Below, in pieces: positions 1-10,338 of a DNA stretch of 64,000 bases. Both the position numbers and the translations under genes were made by a program. This stretch comes from an uncultured Alteromonadales bacterium (GTDB taxonomy: Bacteria; Pseudomonadota; Gammaproteobacteria; Pseudomonadales; Cellvibrionaceae). Under the pieces are notes generated by a model. It did not search any database and was not told the DNA's origin. It saw only the letters and a program-made list of their open reading frames with translations. The stretch is taken from NCBI GenBank assembly GCA_937864365.1, contig CALMJT010000190.1:12147-76146 (forward strand), given 5' to 3'. Numbering within the stretch: the stretch's first letter is position 1; each line of letters starts with the position of its first letter.

Positions 1-885
1 GATAGCGCGTCGAGGCGAGGTTTTACGTACCGACGCAAAGGTGTCCGAGTCATCTTCAAGACCTGCCATACTCATTAAGGAGTGATCGGCGCCTTCTCGA
101 ATTACGTCAACAACGTCGTCAATGGTGATACGTCCAATCAGTTTTCCTTCATCGTCGATAACCGGTGCCATTACCCAGTCTTCGCGTTCAAACAGACTGG
201 CTACTTCGGTGTCTTTCATTTCGCAATGAATTGCCGTCACGTCTGTATCCATGATCTCGCGCACGGTTAAACTCGGATCGCAGGTCAATAATTTGGTAAT
301 GGGTAACAAACCCAAGAAAATGTCCGATCGGTTGACGACAATAAGATAATAGGTCGAGTTGGGTAATTCTTCGTGTCGTCTTAAGTATCTAAGAACTACG
401 TCGAGAGTGATATCCGGCCGCACGGTGATGGTGTCGGTGTTCATTAAACCACCGGCGGTGTCTTCATCGTAGGACAGTATCGACTCTACAAGAGACCGGT
501 TTTGGCTCGACATGGTCGCCAAAACTTCTTGAATCACTTGGTCTGGGAGCTGTTGAAGAATATCCGCAACGTTATCGGCTTCCAGTTCTTCGGCCATTGC
601 TGCAAGATCGGCAGTATCCATCTCGTTCAAAAGCTGGCCGCGAACATTGTCAGGCAGTTCTTGAATTACCTCACCTTCAAGCTCTTTATCTACCCACTCC
701 CAAATTAACATCCGGCGATTGGGTGGTGAAGATGCTAATAAGTGCGCAATTGCGGCCGGTTGAAGGCCATTCAACATCCGACGTGTTGAATTAAACGCGC
801 CGCTATCGAGCGCCGATAATATCTCGGTTAATTTTGAATGGGATTCTAGAGTCAGTAGCTGCGTTTTCGATTTACTAGAGGCCAT
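1..885 (-). CDS. mgtE: Magnesium transporter MgtE, N-terminal part (runs off left edge)
   Basis: Manual translation from ATG at 885 is open to the window edge: ...SYDEDTAGGLMNTDTITVRPDITLDVVLRYLRRH...GRITIDDVVDVI, the MgtE N-domain/CBS signature. It is absent from the ORF track because its stop lies outside the window. Confidence 0.93.
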   Translation of the reverse strand, partial: MASSKSKTQLLTLESHSKLTEILSALDSGAFNSTRRMLNGLQPAAIAHLLASSPPNRRMLIWEWVDKELEGEVIQELPDNVRGQLLNEMDTADLAAMAEELEADNVADILQQLPDQVIQEVLATMSSQNRSLVESILSYDEDTAGGLMNTDTITVRPDITLDVVLRYLRRHEELPNSTYYLIVVNRSDIFLGLLPITKLLTCDPSLTVREIMDTDVTAIHCEMKDTEVASLFEREDWVMAPVIDDEGKLIGRITIDDVVDVIREGADHSLMSMAGLEDDSDTFASVRKTSPRRAI

Positions 886-1190
886 AAATTCCCACTTCAG
901 TTAATGATGGCTTATTCGTGCGGTGCTTTATCAACCAAAAAAGTTAACAATTCGGTTGAAACACGATTTTGTAGGCGGGTGAATCAATATTGTTAGTTTA
1001 GAGACTAGGCAATGTTCATGACAAGTCGGTGTGATAAAGATTTCTTTTTTAAAGACTTTTTGGGGCAGGCGATTTCGGATGATTAATCTTGTTATTAATT
1101 AGCTTTCAAATAAAACGAAGGTTTTATTAATTATTTGTGCGAAATATTAGCGGAAATATAAGTCTGAAAATAAATGGCAGTGAAAAGGGT

Positions 1191-1460
1191 TCAATTGTCT
1201 TCTTCAAATTTATCGGCAAATAAAGCTTCAATCGCAGTAAGCGCAGCTTGTTCATCGCTGCCATCTGCACAGATGGTTACTAAAGTGCCCGCAGATGCCG
1301 CCAATAACAGAATCGACATAACGCTTTTGCAATCTGCTTTTTTTCCATTGGCTTCAATAGAAAGTGTCGCGCTAAATTGCATTGCCAATTTGGCGAGCTT
1401 AGTAGCGGCACGAGCATGCAAGCCTTTGGTGTTGGAGACCAGGATATTCTTTTCGATCAT
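1191..1460 (-). CDS. ptsO: HPr-family phosphocarrier (NPr of the nitrogen PTS)
   Basis: GLHARAA (His15) and KSVMSILLLAA (Ser46) motifs; lies at the end of the rpoN operon. Confidence 0.92.
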   Translation of the reverse strand: MIEKNILVSNTKGLHARAATKLAKLAMQFSATLSIEANGKKADCKSVMSILLLAASAGTLVTICADGSDEQAALTAIEALFADKFEEDN

Positions 1461-1698
1461 TGTGTAGGCGCTTGGAATAGTAATAAAAAGTGATTGAGTG
1501 ACTTTTAATGAGTTAACTTAATCGCGATTTATGAAATTATTGTTGAGTTCTTTTGTTGTTATTATTGTATTTCGATGGCTAATAATAGAACGTTTATCGT
1601 TATTATTGTCGCTATTTTAGAAAATTATCGAAATTTTAAAAAAAGAATGCTCTCTGTAGTTTACCGCTATGACGGTTTACTACTATAACCGTACACGG

Positions 1699-2568
1699 CT
1701 ATGACGTTTTTGAGCGATTCGGCACCGCCAGATCGCGATGGCGGACGAGTATATTTTCGAAATCTTCTTTTAATTGGTCGGCGAGCGCATTACAGACATA
1801 TACAGAGCGATGTTGCCCACCGGTGCAACCGATAGCAATGGTTATGTAGCTGCGATTGCTTTTTTCGTATTCAGGTAACCATTGTTTTAAAAAGTTTTGT
1901 GTCGAATCGATCATAGCGTGAACCATCGATTGACTCTTTAAAAACTGTACAACTTCTGGATCATTACCCGTACAGCCGCGCAACTTGGGAATCCAAAATG
2001 GATTGGGCAAGCAGCGCACATCGAAGACTAGATCGGCATCAGCTGGCAACCCGCGTTTAAATCCGAAGGACTGAAACTGCACCGCCATGTGCGGTGCTCC
2101 TGAACCTGTCACCCATTTATGAACCAGATTTCGAAGGTCATGCACACTTAAATTACTGGTGTCTATAACTCGGCTTGCACGGGTTTGAATGGGTCTTAAA
2201 AGCTCAGACTCCGCCAAAATAGCGTCTTTCAGATCCACATTATCGGATGTTAGCGGATGTTTGCGGCGAGTCTCACTAAAACGCTGAATGAGAACATCGT
2301 CTCGGGCATCCAAAAAAATGATTTGTGTCTTGCGGCATAAACTTTCTAGCTGTGGAAACAAACTATCGAAAGCTTCTAACTCTTGTAGGTTACTGCGCGC
2401 ATCAATGCTTACGGCGAATTGTTTGGACTGATCCGTTTGTGATGTGACCAGATATTTGAGCAGGGTAATTGGAAAGTTGTCGATACAAATCATTCCGGCG
2501 TCTTCCAGCGCACGTAAAGCACTGCTGATGCCTGAGCCTGATCTGCCGCTAACAATGACCAACTCCAT
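1699..2568 (-). CDS. rapZ: RNase adapter RapZ (YhbJ/YvcJ family), atypical Walker A
   Basis: SGRSGSGxS, DNFP, RRKHPL, FGFKxG, DVRCLPNP and IGCTGGQHRSV motifs; position in the rpoN operon. Confidence 0.95.
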   Translation of the reverse strand: MELVIVSGRSGSGISSALRALEDAGMICIDNFPITLLKYLVTSQTDQSKQFAVSIDARSNLQELEAFDSLFPQLESLCRKTQIIFLDARDDVLIQRFSETRRKHPLTSDNVDLKDAILAESELLRPIQTRASRVIDTSNLSVHDLRNLVHKWVTGSGAPHMAVQFQSFGFKRGLPADADLVFDVRCLPNPFWIPKLRGCTGNDPEVVQFLKSQSMVHAMIDSTQNFLKQWLPEYEKSNRSYITIAIGCTGGQHRSVYVCNALADQLKEDFENILVRHRDLAVPNRSKTS

Positions 2569-2591
2569 TTTATGCTCCGCGAAACGAAAGA

Positions 2592-3047
2592 TTACTGCTG
2601 GGTAATAACTTGGTACAACTCTTCATCACTTTTGCAGTTGCGCAATTTTTTTACCAGCTCGGTTTGGGACAAAACCTCAGCGATTTTCGCCAGAGTTTTA
2701 AGGTGGGAGTCATCCGCTTCCTCGGGGACTAGCAGCGTAAAGATCAGATCTACGGGCGCGTCATCGATGGCGTCAAAGTCCAATGGCGTATTAAGTTTAA
2801 ATAACGCTCCCATGACGCCGGTACAGTTTTCCAGTCGGCAATGCGGAATTGCAATTCCTTGCCCGATTCCGGTCGAGCCGAGCCTTTCGCGGGCCATCAG
2901 GCGGCGAAAGAGCTCATCAGCGTCAAGAACTGGGAATCCTTTAGTAATGAATTGCGCGACATTTTCTAATGTTCGCTTTTTACTTGATCCCTCCAAGCCA
3001 CATTTAACGCGGCTGGGAGTAAGAATGCTGGAGAGGTCCATAATCAA
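2592..3047 (-). CDS. ptsN: PTS IIA(Ntr)
   Basis: RERLGSTGIGQGIAIPHCR motif; follows hpf. Confidence 0.95.
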   Translation of the reverse strand: MIMDLSSILTPSRVKCGLEGSSKKRTLENVAQFITKGFPVLDADELFRRLMARERLGSTGIGQGIAIPHCRLENCTGVMGALFKLNTPLDFDAIDDAPVDLIFTLLVPEEADDSHLKTLAKIAEVLSQTELVKKLRNCKSDEELYQVITQQ

Positions 3048-3334
3048 CGGTGGCTGGTTGCTTTCTCTTTATGTTTGAGCAATTGCCGATCTAATTTTAC
3101 GGCCATTTCATCGATGGCAATATACAGATCGTCAGATTCACTCTCGGCAAATATATCTTTGCCACTTATGTGTACGGAAGCTTCTGCTTTTTGTCTTTGT
3201 TTTTCAACCCTTAATACAACATTGATTGTAGTGATTTGCGGGTTGTGCTTGCCGAGTTTTTCAAATTTAGTTTCAACATAATTTCGAATAGAGTCGGTGA
3301 CTTCGACGTGGTGCCCACTGATGCTAAGAGTCAT
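3044..3334 (-). CDS. hpf: Ribosome hibernation promoting factor (short HPF)
   Basis: ISGHHVEVTDSIRNYV...DLYIAIDEMAVKLDRQL; 4-nt overlap with ptsN. Confidence 0.95.
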   Translation of the reverse strand: MTLSISGHHVEVTDSIRNYVETKFEKLGKHNPQITTINVVLRVEKQRQKAEASVHISGKDIFAESESDDLYIAIDEMAVKLDRQLLKHKEKATSHR

Positions 3335-3364
3335 TGTTATTCCTCATGTCAGAGTTAAGTCATT

Positions 3365-3393
3365 GATTACACAGGTTTTAAACCCGTGTAATC
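3365..3393 (-). terminator. Stem-loop between rpoN and hpf (terminator or processing hairpin)
   Basis: Minus strand GATTACACGGG-TTTAAAA-CCTGTGTAATC, 11-bp stem with one G-U pair; no clear U-tract. Confidence 0.35.
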
Positions 3394-3432
3394 GGGTATG
3401 AATTAGGGTCGAGATCACCGAGTCATGGCTGG

Positions 3433-5034
3433 TCAGACCAGTCTTTTACGTTCGTTCGAGGCTGGAATACCCAAGGATTCGCGATATTTCGCAATGGTTC
3501 TCCGGGCGACTTGAATGCCTTGATCTGCCAGTAACGCGGTAATTTTGCTGTCACTTAAGGGTTTGCGAGCGTCTTCTGCGGCAACCAGCTTTTTGATAAT
3601 GGCACGTATTGCGGTTGAAGAGCATTCGCCGCCATTGTCTGTGCTGACGTGGCTTGAGAAAAAGTATTTTAACTCAAAGATGCCTTGAGGCGTGTGCATG
3701 TATTTTTGCGTTGTTACCCGTGAAATTGTCGACTCATGCATGCCTACGTCTTCGGCAATGTCGTGAAGTACTAGAGGTTTCATGGATTCTGGGCCGAAAT
3801 CTAAAAAGCCCTGTTGTTTTTCAACAATGCAGCTTGCAACCTTCAGTAGAGTCTCGTTGCGGCTTTGTAAACTTTTCAAGAACCAGCGCGCTTCTTGTAA
3901 ATTATCTCGCAAGAAGGTGTTGTCTTCACTGCTATCGGCACGCTTTACAAGACTGGCGTAATTGTTGTTGATGCGAATTTTAGGGGCTATTTCTGGGTTC
4001 AGTTCTACGATCCAGCGACCTTCTTGCTTGCTCACAAAAACATCGGGAACGATATAACTGGTATCGCTGCTGCCGATAGTAGCGCCGGGATGAGGTGTTA
4101 ATTCCTGAATTAAATCGATCGCAACTTTGAGTTCGGGCTCTTTAACGCGACATTTACGCATTAACTGTTTGTAGTCACGACTGCCAAGTAACGCTAGATG
4201 CTCTGCAACTACCGCCTTGGCGGTTTCCAGTCCGGGTGTTTCTTTGGCGTATTGATTGAGTTGTACCATCAAACATTCAGACAAATCGACGCTGCAAGAG
4301 CCGATAGGATCAAACAGTTGAAGTCGGTGTTGAACCGCAATCACTTCGTCTAGGCTTAGGTCTTCGTCTGTATCTGCGTCTTCGTTTAGAAGTTCAGAAG
4401 CTTCAAGCTCACCGCTTTCTTGTTCGGCATCTTCGTCATTCTCACGCCAGTCACCGCGTAGGCCGTGAAAAATCTCCTCGATACTGCTTGAGAGCAAACC
4501 GCTGGGTTCTACCGAGTCTATGATCGCTAAAGCAATGGTTCGATCGGTTTCTGACATTGGAGTCAAATTCAATTGCCACAGTAAGTATTCTTGAAGGGTC
4601 TCGGTGTTGTCGATTTGGCTGTCGAAAAAGCTGTCGTCTCGTTCTACAGCTGATGACGAGGAAGAGTTGCTACTGCCTTGGTAAATGTCGTCCCACTGGG
4701 TATCAACGGGTAAATCTTCGGGAATGTTTTCCTGCCACTCACCTTCTTGGGCGTCGCCAGAATCGGATTCGGATTCGGATGCGGTTGCGGTAACTTTTTC
4801 TTCGCTGAAGTTGTCGGAAATTTCGTTGGGTTGTTCGCTGTTGTCGCCAGACTCACCGCTATCAAGGTGAGAGTCATCGGATTCGCTAACTTCGAGCATG
4901 GGGTTAGACTCAAGAGCTTCTTGAATCTCTTGTTGAAGATCGAGTGTTGAGAGTTGTAGCAGACGAATGGCTTGCTGCAACTGAGGGGTCATCGTTAATT
5001 GTTGACCCATTTTTAGCTGTAATGATTGTTTCAT
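3433..5034 (-). CDS. rpoN: RNA polymerase sigma-54
   Basis: Gln/Leu-rich region I ([14 protein letters not shown]), HTH (MHESTISRV) and RpoN box [10 protein letters not shown]. Confidence 0.98.
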   Translation of the reverse strand: MKQSLQLKMGQQLTMTPQLQQAIRLLQLSTLDLQQEIQEALESNPMLEVSESDDSHLDSGESGDNSEQPNEISDNFSEEKVTATASESESDSGDAQEGEWQENIPEDLPVDTQWDDIYQGSSNSSSSSAVERDDSFFDSQIDNTETLQEYLLWQLNLTPMSETDRTIALAIIDSVEPSGLLSSSIEEIFHGLRGDWRENDEDAEQESGELEASELLNEDADTDEDLSLDEVIAVQHRLQLFDPIGSCSVDLSECLMVQLNQYAKETPGLETAKAVVAEHLALLGSRDYKQLMRKCRVKEPELKVAIDLIQELTPHPGATIGSSDTSYIVPDVFVSKQEGRWIVELNPEIAPKIRINNNYASLVKRADSSEDNTFLRDNLQEARWFLKSLQSRNETLLKVASCIVEKQQGFLDFGPESMKPLVLHDIAEDVGMHESTISRVTTQKYMHTPQGIFELKYFFSSHVSTDNGGECSSTAIRAIIKKLVAAEDARKPLSDSKITALLADQGIQVARRTIAKYRESLGIPASNERKRLV

Positions 5035-5136
5035 AACTTGACACTACTTCCAAAAACGGTGTCAGAATCGGAGCTGATTCTGATCAAGCTTAGTGTCAGT
5101 GTAGACTTGAAAGGGGCGTTTTTGCAACAGCTATTA

Positions 5137-5152
5137 AGCAAAAAATATGCCC
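5137..5152 (-). promoter_or_regulatory. Sigma-54 -24/-12-type site upstream of rpoN
   Basis: Minus strand GGGCATATTTTTTGCT has GG-N10-GC spacing; about 100 bp upstream of the rpoN ATG. Confidence 0.5.
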
Positions 5153-5416
5153 AACCTTGAATTTTCTTTAAATAATGTTTTGAGGGGAAAAATAAAAGAA
5201 CAGCGAGTGCTTTAGCGGAGGGGATTACTTGTTGATCACTTAACAGTAAGACCAATGTTCGCCTATTTCAACAGCAAGGTAAAGCGGTTTTTTAATGTCG
5301 CCTAAAATGTCTTTTGGGTGGTCTTGTAGGCTAAAAAAGAGTCTTTCTGTGGGTTCTTTGATAGGTGTCGAGGCTTTTGTTGTTTTATTGAGGGTCGGTT
5401 GAGGTGGCCGCTCAAT

Positions 5417-6142
5417 TTAGAGCTTAAAGCCTTCACCCAAATAAGTGTCTCTGACTTTTTGATTGGATAAAACCGTCTCAGCGTCGCCTTCGGCGATGAT
5501 AAACCCGCCGCCCACAATATAGGCTTTCTCGCAGATATCTAAAGTCTCGCGAACGTTGTGGTCGGTAATGAGTACGCCAATTCCTCGTGATTGAAGGTGT
5601 TCAATAATTTGCTTGATATCACCAACGGATTTTGGGTCCACGCCGGCAAAGGGTTCGTCAAGGAGGATAAAGCGTGGTTCTGTCGCTAGCGCGCGAGCAA
5701 TTTCGACGCGACGACGCTCACCACCGGATAGGGCGATGCCTTGGCTGTCTTGTACGTGGGTGATGTGAAATTCTTCTAAAAGTTGTCGCGCTCGGTCTTT
5801 GCGATCTGTTGCAGATAAATCGGATCGAGTCTCTAAGATTGCTAAAATATTGTCTTTGACCGATAGCTTTCTAAATACCGATGCTTCTTGTGGGAGATAG
5901 CCAAGTCCGCGTCTAGCGCGGCCATGCATGGGAAGATTGGTAATGTCTTCGTCGTCGATCCAAACGCTGCCGTGATCGGCTTTAACAATTCCTGCAATCA
6001 TGTAAAAGCACGTGGTCTTTCCCGCACCATTTGGGCCGAGTAAGCCAACAACTTCTCCCGTTGACACAGAAAATGAAACGTCGGATACGATTTGTCTCGA
6101 TCCGTAGCTTTTGGCCAAATTTTTAGCGCTCAGTCGACTCAT
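5417..6142 (-). CDS. lptB: LPS export ABC transporter ATPase
   Basis: [35 protein letters not shown] and [10 protein letters not shown] motifs. Confidence 0.98.
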   Translation of the reverse strand: MSRLSAKNLAKSYGSRQIVSDVSFSVSTGEVVGLLGPNGAGKTTCFYMIAGIVKADHGSVWIDDEDITNLPMHGRARRGLGYLPQEASVFRKLSVKDNILAILETRSDLSATDRKDRARQLLEEFHITHVQDSQGIALSGGERRRVEIARALATEPRFILLDEPFAGVDPKSVGDIKQIIEHLQSRGIGVLITDHNVRETLDICEKAYIVGGGFIIAEGDAETVLSNQKVRDTYLGEGFKL

Positions 6143-6186
6143 AACTCTTAGTGCTGGTAGTGATTAATTGAAAGATTCAACAAGGT

Positions 6187-6747
6187 TTATTGGTTGGTGT
6201 TTGTGGTGTCTTTATTTTGAGGTTGAATAATCAACTTCACTCGATTCTCTCCCGATGCTACGGCATAGGAGTCTTTAAGGTCGTAATCGATGGTATCGCT
6301 GTTGATTTTCGAGCCGTCGCCCTGATCAATTTGCGCATTTACGGACAGTTTGATTTTCTCATTGATGACAGAGTAGTGAATGCGTTTAGCTTCGGCTTTA
6401 ACCGTGGGTTTGTCGATTTTGGGTTTTTGTTCAAGCGTTGCTGGATTTCCTGTCGCTGTAATACTTTCTACGCCTTCGGGTTTATGATGAATGGTGATGG
6501 TATCTGCGACGATTACCAAGGTGCCTTGTTTGAGTTTGGCGTTGCCAGAGAAAATGGTTACTCCGGTTTTGTCATTTCGCTCGGCTCTGTCGGCGTCAAT
6601 ATTTATGGGTTGATCGCTGTCGCTTGGCAATGCCACGGCGGTATTGATTGATAACAATAATCCAATAACAACCACGACCATTTTTACTGCCGAGGCGAAT
6701 GGTTGTGGCTGGGCGCTTTCGTTTTTACGGTGCAGGTTGAGTTTCAT
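6187..6747 (-). CDS. lptA: LPS transport periplasmic protein
   Basis: Signal peptide, then LPSDSDQPINIDAD...FSGNAKLKQG (OstA fold); lies between lptC and lptB. Confidence 0.9.
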   Translation of the reverse strand: MKLNLHRKNESAQPQPFASAVKMVVVVIGLLLSINTAVALPSDSDQPINIDADRAERNDKTGVTIFSGNAKLKQGTLVIVADTITIHHKPEGVESITATGNPATLEQKPKIDKPTVKAEAKRIHYSVINEKIKLSVNAQIDQGDGSKINSDTIDYDLKDSYAVASGENRVKLIIQPQNKDTTNTNQ

Positions 6748-7333
6748 AAATGCCTGTAACTTGAGAAAGTAGTTCGGTTATGTTGGTAATCATGTTCAGA
6801 CGCATACCAACAGAGTCGGCAATGCCTTCAGGGCTGGTAATGGACACAGGACTTTCTGATTCAGCGATTTGTTCGACAGGTTTTACGTCCAATTTATCGG
6901 TTGTGAGTCGATATTCTCCACCGGTCTCTAAGTCTTTTCTGACCACCACATTTCCCCAAAGTGTAATCAATGAGCCATTATTTTCTGCTCGCCCATGATC
7001 GGCGGTGATTTTCCAGGGAGTTTGATTGGGTTGTTCGGAAAACAGCGTCAGGAAAGGATTGCTTAAGTCGGTGTAGCCTCGTTTGGCTTCGAGCGGGCGG
7101 TTTTGTGCGTTATATCTTAGGTATTGCTCGGCTTTATCGACAACTAATAGATACTGTAGCCGACCAGTTGCGGCGAATTGACGAGTTTTGGAGTTTTGTA
7201 TATTTGCCGCTGGCGCCTGCGATTGCGTTTCAGTGGCGGGTTTAGTCTGAGTAATTTCAGGGTTTTCCCACAGTAGTATGACAAGCACAAACAGGCCTGC
7301 AATGATGGAAGTTGTTAAGATTTTTTTTAACAC
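6725..7333 (-). CDS. lptC: LPS export protein LptC
   Basis: N-terminal TM anchor; PWKITADHG...LWGNVVV and LTTDKL motifs; synteny. Confidence 0.85.
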   Translation of the reverse strand: MLKKILTTSIIAGLFVLVILLWENPEITQTKPATETQSQAPAANIQNSKTRQFAATGRLQYLLVVDKAEQYLRYNAQNRPLEAKRGYTDLSNPFLTLFSEQPNQTPWKITADHGRAENNGSLITLWGNVVVRKDLETGGEYRLTTDKLDVKPVEQIAESESPVSITSPEGIADSVGMRLNMITNITELLSQVTGIYETQPAP

Positions 7334-7414
7334 GGCTACTGTGGATAACTTTAAGCGAGTGGGCGTTATTGCATGTTGCTAATGACTGGAAACTGTTGGT
7401 TTACAAACTCTACC

Positions 7415-7966
7415 TTACTGGAGATAAGGACTTAATGCAGTATCAAAAGTGCCTTGCACCTGCATAATAAGATCGCAAGTTTCTCTAACCGCGCCTTCGC
7501 CACCATTACGAGTTGTTTGCCAGTGCGCATGTTCAACCATGACGGGTAAAGCATTTGCCACGGTTACCGCAAAACCTACCTTAGTCATAACGGTTAAGTC
7601 TGGGTAATCATCGCCAATAAATGCAATTTGGTTGAGTGCAAAATTATGTTCAGCCAGTATTTCTTTTAGTGCGGTGTACTTGTCTTCTCTGCCTTGAACT
7701 AAAATTTCGATGCCGAGATCTCTGGCTCGTTTTTCAACCAAAGCACTTTTACGTCCCGTTATAATGCCAACCTTAACACCCGATTTTTGCAAGATTTTTA
7801 TACCGTGACCATCTAGCGTGTTAAATGCTTTGTATTCGTTACCATCGTTACCGAAATACAGTTTGCCATCGGTTAAAACGCCGTCTACGTCTAGAAGCAA
7901 TAGTTTTATTTGTTGGATATTTTCTTTTAATTTTGTCGACAATTCTTTCAGGCAGGTAGAGGTCAT
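7415..7966 (-). CDS. kdsC: KDO 8-phosphate phosphatase
   Basis: HAD motif LDVDGVLTDG, DGHGIK, GIITGR, GGEGAVRE. Confidence 0.96.
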   Translation of the reverse strand: MTSTCLKELSTKLKENIQQIKLLLLDVDGVLTDGKLYFGNDGNEYKAFNTLDGHGIKILQKSGVKVGIITGRKSALVEKRARDLGIEILVQGREDKYTALKEILAEHNFALNQIAFIGDDYPDLTVMTKVGFAVTVANALPVMVEHAHWQTTRNGGEGAVRETCDLIMQVQGTFDTALSPYLQ

Positions 7967-8023
7967 AATTACTTTAGCTATTGAGTTAACGGTGGCGCGA
8001 TTAGGCGGTTCAATTTTGGTTCT

Positions 8024-8995
8024 TCAAATCACGCCCGCGCGTAATATGTCGTGCAAGTGCAGAATTCCAACCAGTTTTTGATGTTCGTCGGAGACAATCA
8101 CCGCGGTAATTTTTCGGGTTTCCATAAGGTGTAACGCTTCGGCAGCCAACATATTTGGCGAAACCGTTTGCGGTTTAGGCGTCATGACTTGGCTCATCAC
8201 CGCCGTTGACAAGTTGGTGCCGAGATCAACATGTCTGCGTAAATCGCCGTCTGTAAATACGCCGCAAAGAGCACCTTCGGTATCGGCAACGGTGGTAATG
8301 CCGAGACCTTTTTCAGTCATAACAACAAGGGCTTGTGTTACTGGTGTGGTTGTTAATACCACGGGAATTTCGTCGCCTTTGTGCATGATGTTTTCAACTT
8401 TGAGCAAAAGCTTGCGACCGAGTGCGCCACCGGGATGAGAAAAGGCAAAGTCTTCGGCGCTGAATCCTCTCGCCTCTAGTAACGCAACCGCCAGTGCATC
8501 GCCCATCACTAGGGTTACCGTGGTGCTGGAGGTTGGCGCTAAATCTAGAGGGCAGGCTTCTGTCTCAACGGAAATATCTAAATGAGCATCAGCGGCGGTT
8601 GCCAGAGGCGACTCTGGATTTCCCGTCATGCTGATTAGGGGTATATCCATGCGTTTAAATAACGGCAGGAGTGTTAATACCTCAGCGGATTTGCCGGAGT
8701 TGGATATAGCAATGACAACGTCTGTTGGTGTGATCATTCCCAAATCACCGTGGCTTGCTTCACCGGGGTGAACAAAGAATGCTGGCGTGCCTGTACTGGC
8801 GAGAGTTGCTGCAATTTTGCGACCTATGTGGCCTGATTTTCCCATGCCTGTCACAATAACTCGACCTTGTACAGATAGGATTAATTCACACGCTTTTTCG
8901 AAGCTATCATCAATGCGGGCTTCGAGTTTTGCGACAGCTTCGCATTCCATTCTGACGGTTCTTTTTCCGGCATCAACAAGTGAAGTGGGTGACAT
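8024..8995 (-). CDS. kdsD: Arabinose-5-phosphate isomerase (KpsF/GutQ family)
   Basis: GMGKSGHIG, HPGEASHGDLG, APTSST and HPGGALG motifs; C-terminal CBS pair. Confidence 0.96.
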   Translation of the reverse strand: MSPTSLVDAGKRTVRMECEAVAKLEARIDDSFEKACELILSVQGRVIVTGMGKSGHIGRKIAATLASTGTPAFFVHPGEASHGDLGMITPTDVVIAISNSGKSAEVLTLLPLFKRMDIPLISMTGNPESPLATAADAHLDISVETEACPLDLAPTSSTTVTLVMGDALAVALLEARGFSAEDFAFSHPGGALGRKLLLKVENIMHKGDEIPVVLTTTPVTQALVVMTEKGLGITTVADTEGALCGVFTDGDLRRHVDLGTNLSTAVMSQVMTPKPQTVSPNMLAAEALHLMETRKITAVIVSDEHQKLVGILHLHDILRAGVI

Positions 8996-9126
8996 GGAAA
9001 ATAATTCTCTCTTTTTTAAAACTTAAAAACTCAACAATCACTAACAACGAAAAATGGATTTCACTGCGTTGTGATCTAGAACTCTTTAATTAAGCCAGGA
9101 TGGTTTAATTGAGAGTCTCTGTAATG

Positions 9127-10101
9127 TTATACGGTAAATAAGGAAACGCAGTAGGTGACATAAGCGGCTAATAGCAATGCGCCAATGATTCGACCGAGTT
9201 TTCCAGAGCCGTGTTTTTTGGACGCAATGGTATAGTCAATGATCAGCACTACCGCTAAAAATACCGTGATGGCTGCCATGGCTAAATAATCGCGATTGAA
9301 TACCTCGGTATCCATACTTAACGGACCCAAAATTCCGGGTACAGACATAACCGCGAGAATGTTAAATATATTTGAGCCAACCACGTTGCCAAGCGCAATG
9401 TCGTGGTGACCTCTGATGGCGCTCATTACCGATGCAGCCAATTCTGGCAAGCTGGTGCCAATAGCGACGATGGTTAAACCAATAATTAGCGGGCTAACAC
9501 CAAAATGTGTGGCTGCGGTGGTGGCTCCCCAAACTAAAACCTCTGAACTGCCAATCAATAATGCTAGGCCAATGACAAACCACATAATTGCTTTGCTGTT
9601 CGGCATAGATTCAATTTCAGTTTCTTCTTCCTCGGGAGAATGATGATTTTTTTTGCTAATGATCATCCAGCTGATCAGAGGCACGACCGTTGCGGCCAAT
9701 ATGATGCCTTCATAGACTTCGAGTTTTGCGTCGAACAGGAACAGACCCGCAAGCGCAGTCACCACCAGAAGAATGGGCAGTTCTTGCGTTAAAATATGTC
9801 TGAAAATAGGTATGGGTGAAATCAAAGCGGTTGCCGCGAGTACCATTCCGATGTTGGCTAGGTTAGAACCCAGCGCGTTGCCAATGGCAAGTTGCCCTTC
9901 ATCTTTTAACGACGCGCTAACAGAAACAACAATTTCTGGTGCTGATGTACCCAAGGAGACAATAGTTAAACCAATGACTAATTTGGATAAACCTAGATTT
10001 TCGGCGAAAGCCGCGCTTCCTTCTACAAATCGATCCGCGCTCCATACAAGCCCCACAAAGCCGAGTAAAATGGCTCCCCAGGCAATCCAAATATCAGGCA
10101 T
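9127..10101 (-). CDS. yrbG: Calcium/sodium antiporter (YrbG family)
   Basis: Two alpha repeats, GTSAPE...GNALGSN and GTSLPE...GNVVGSN. Confidence 0.93.
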   Translation of the reverse strand: MPDIWIAWGAILLGFVGLVWSADRFVEGSAAFAENLGLSKLVIGLTIVSLGTSAPEIVVSVSASLKDEGQLAIGNALGSNLANIGMVLAATALISPIPIFRHILTQELPILLVVTALAGLFLFDAKLEVYEGIILAATVVPLISWMIISKKNHHSPEEEETEIESMPNSKAIMWFVIGLALLIGSSEVLVWGATTAATHFGVSPLIIGLTIVAIGTSLPELAASVMSAIRGHHDIALGNVVGSNIFNILAVMSVPGILGPLSMDTEVFNRDYLAMAAITVFLAVVLIIDYTIASKKHGSGKLGRIIGALLLAAYVTYCVSLFTV

Positions 10102-10338
10102 TTTTTAATCCTTGTTCATGAAAACGCAATTTAGCGCAACCTTTTCGTAGAGTTTGTGGTCAGATTAGGCGAAATGGTCGGCAATGGTATAGTCTCATTC
10201 AGTCTTTGTCACTTTGAGCACCGATTTATACGATTGTTCGCACGGTGCTAAGTCGTTATCATCACGGCGTATTGAACTTGGGCTCATAGCAAATGACTTG
10301 CTCGGCGTATCAAGGTTCGCATGGGAGTATTTTTAACA

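Noticed and set aside
886-1190. Possible Mg2+ riboswitch or leader peptide upstream of mgtE
   Set aside because: No M-box conserved blocks and no Pro-rich leader ORF; only a 4-codon ORF was seen
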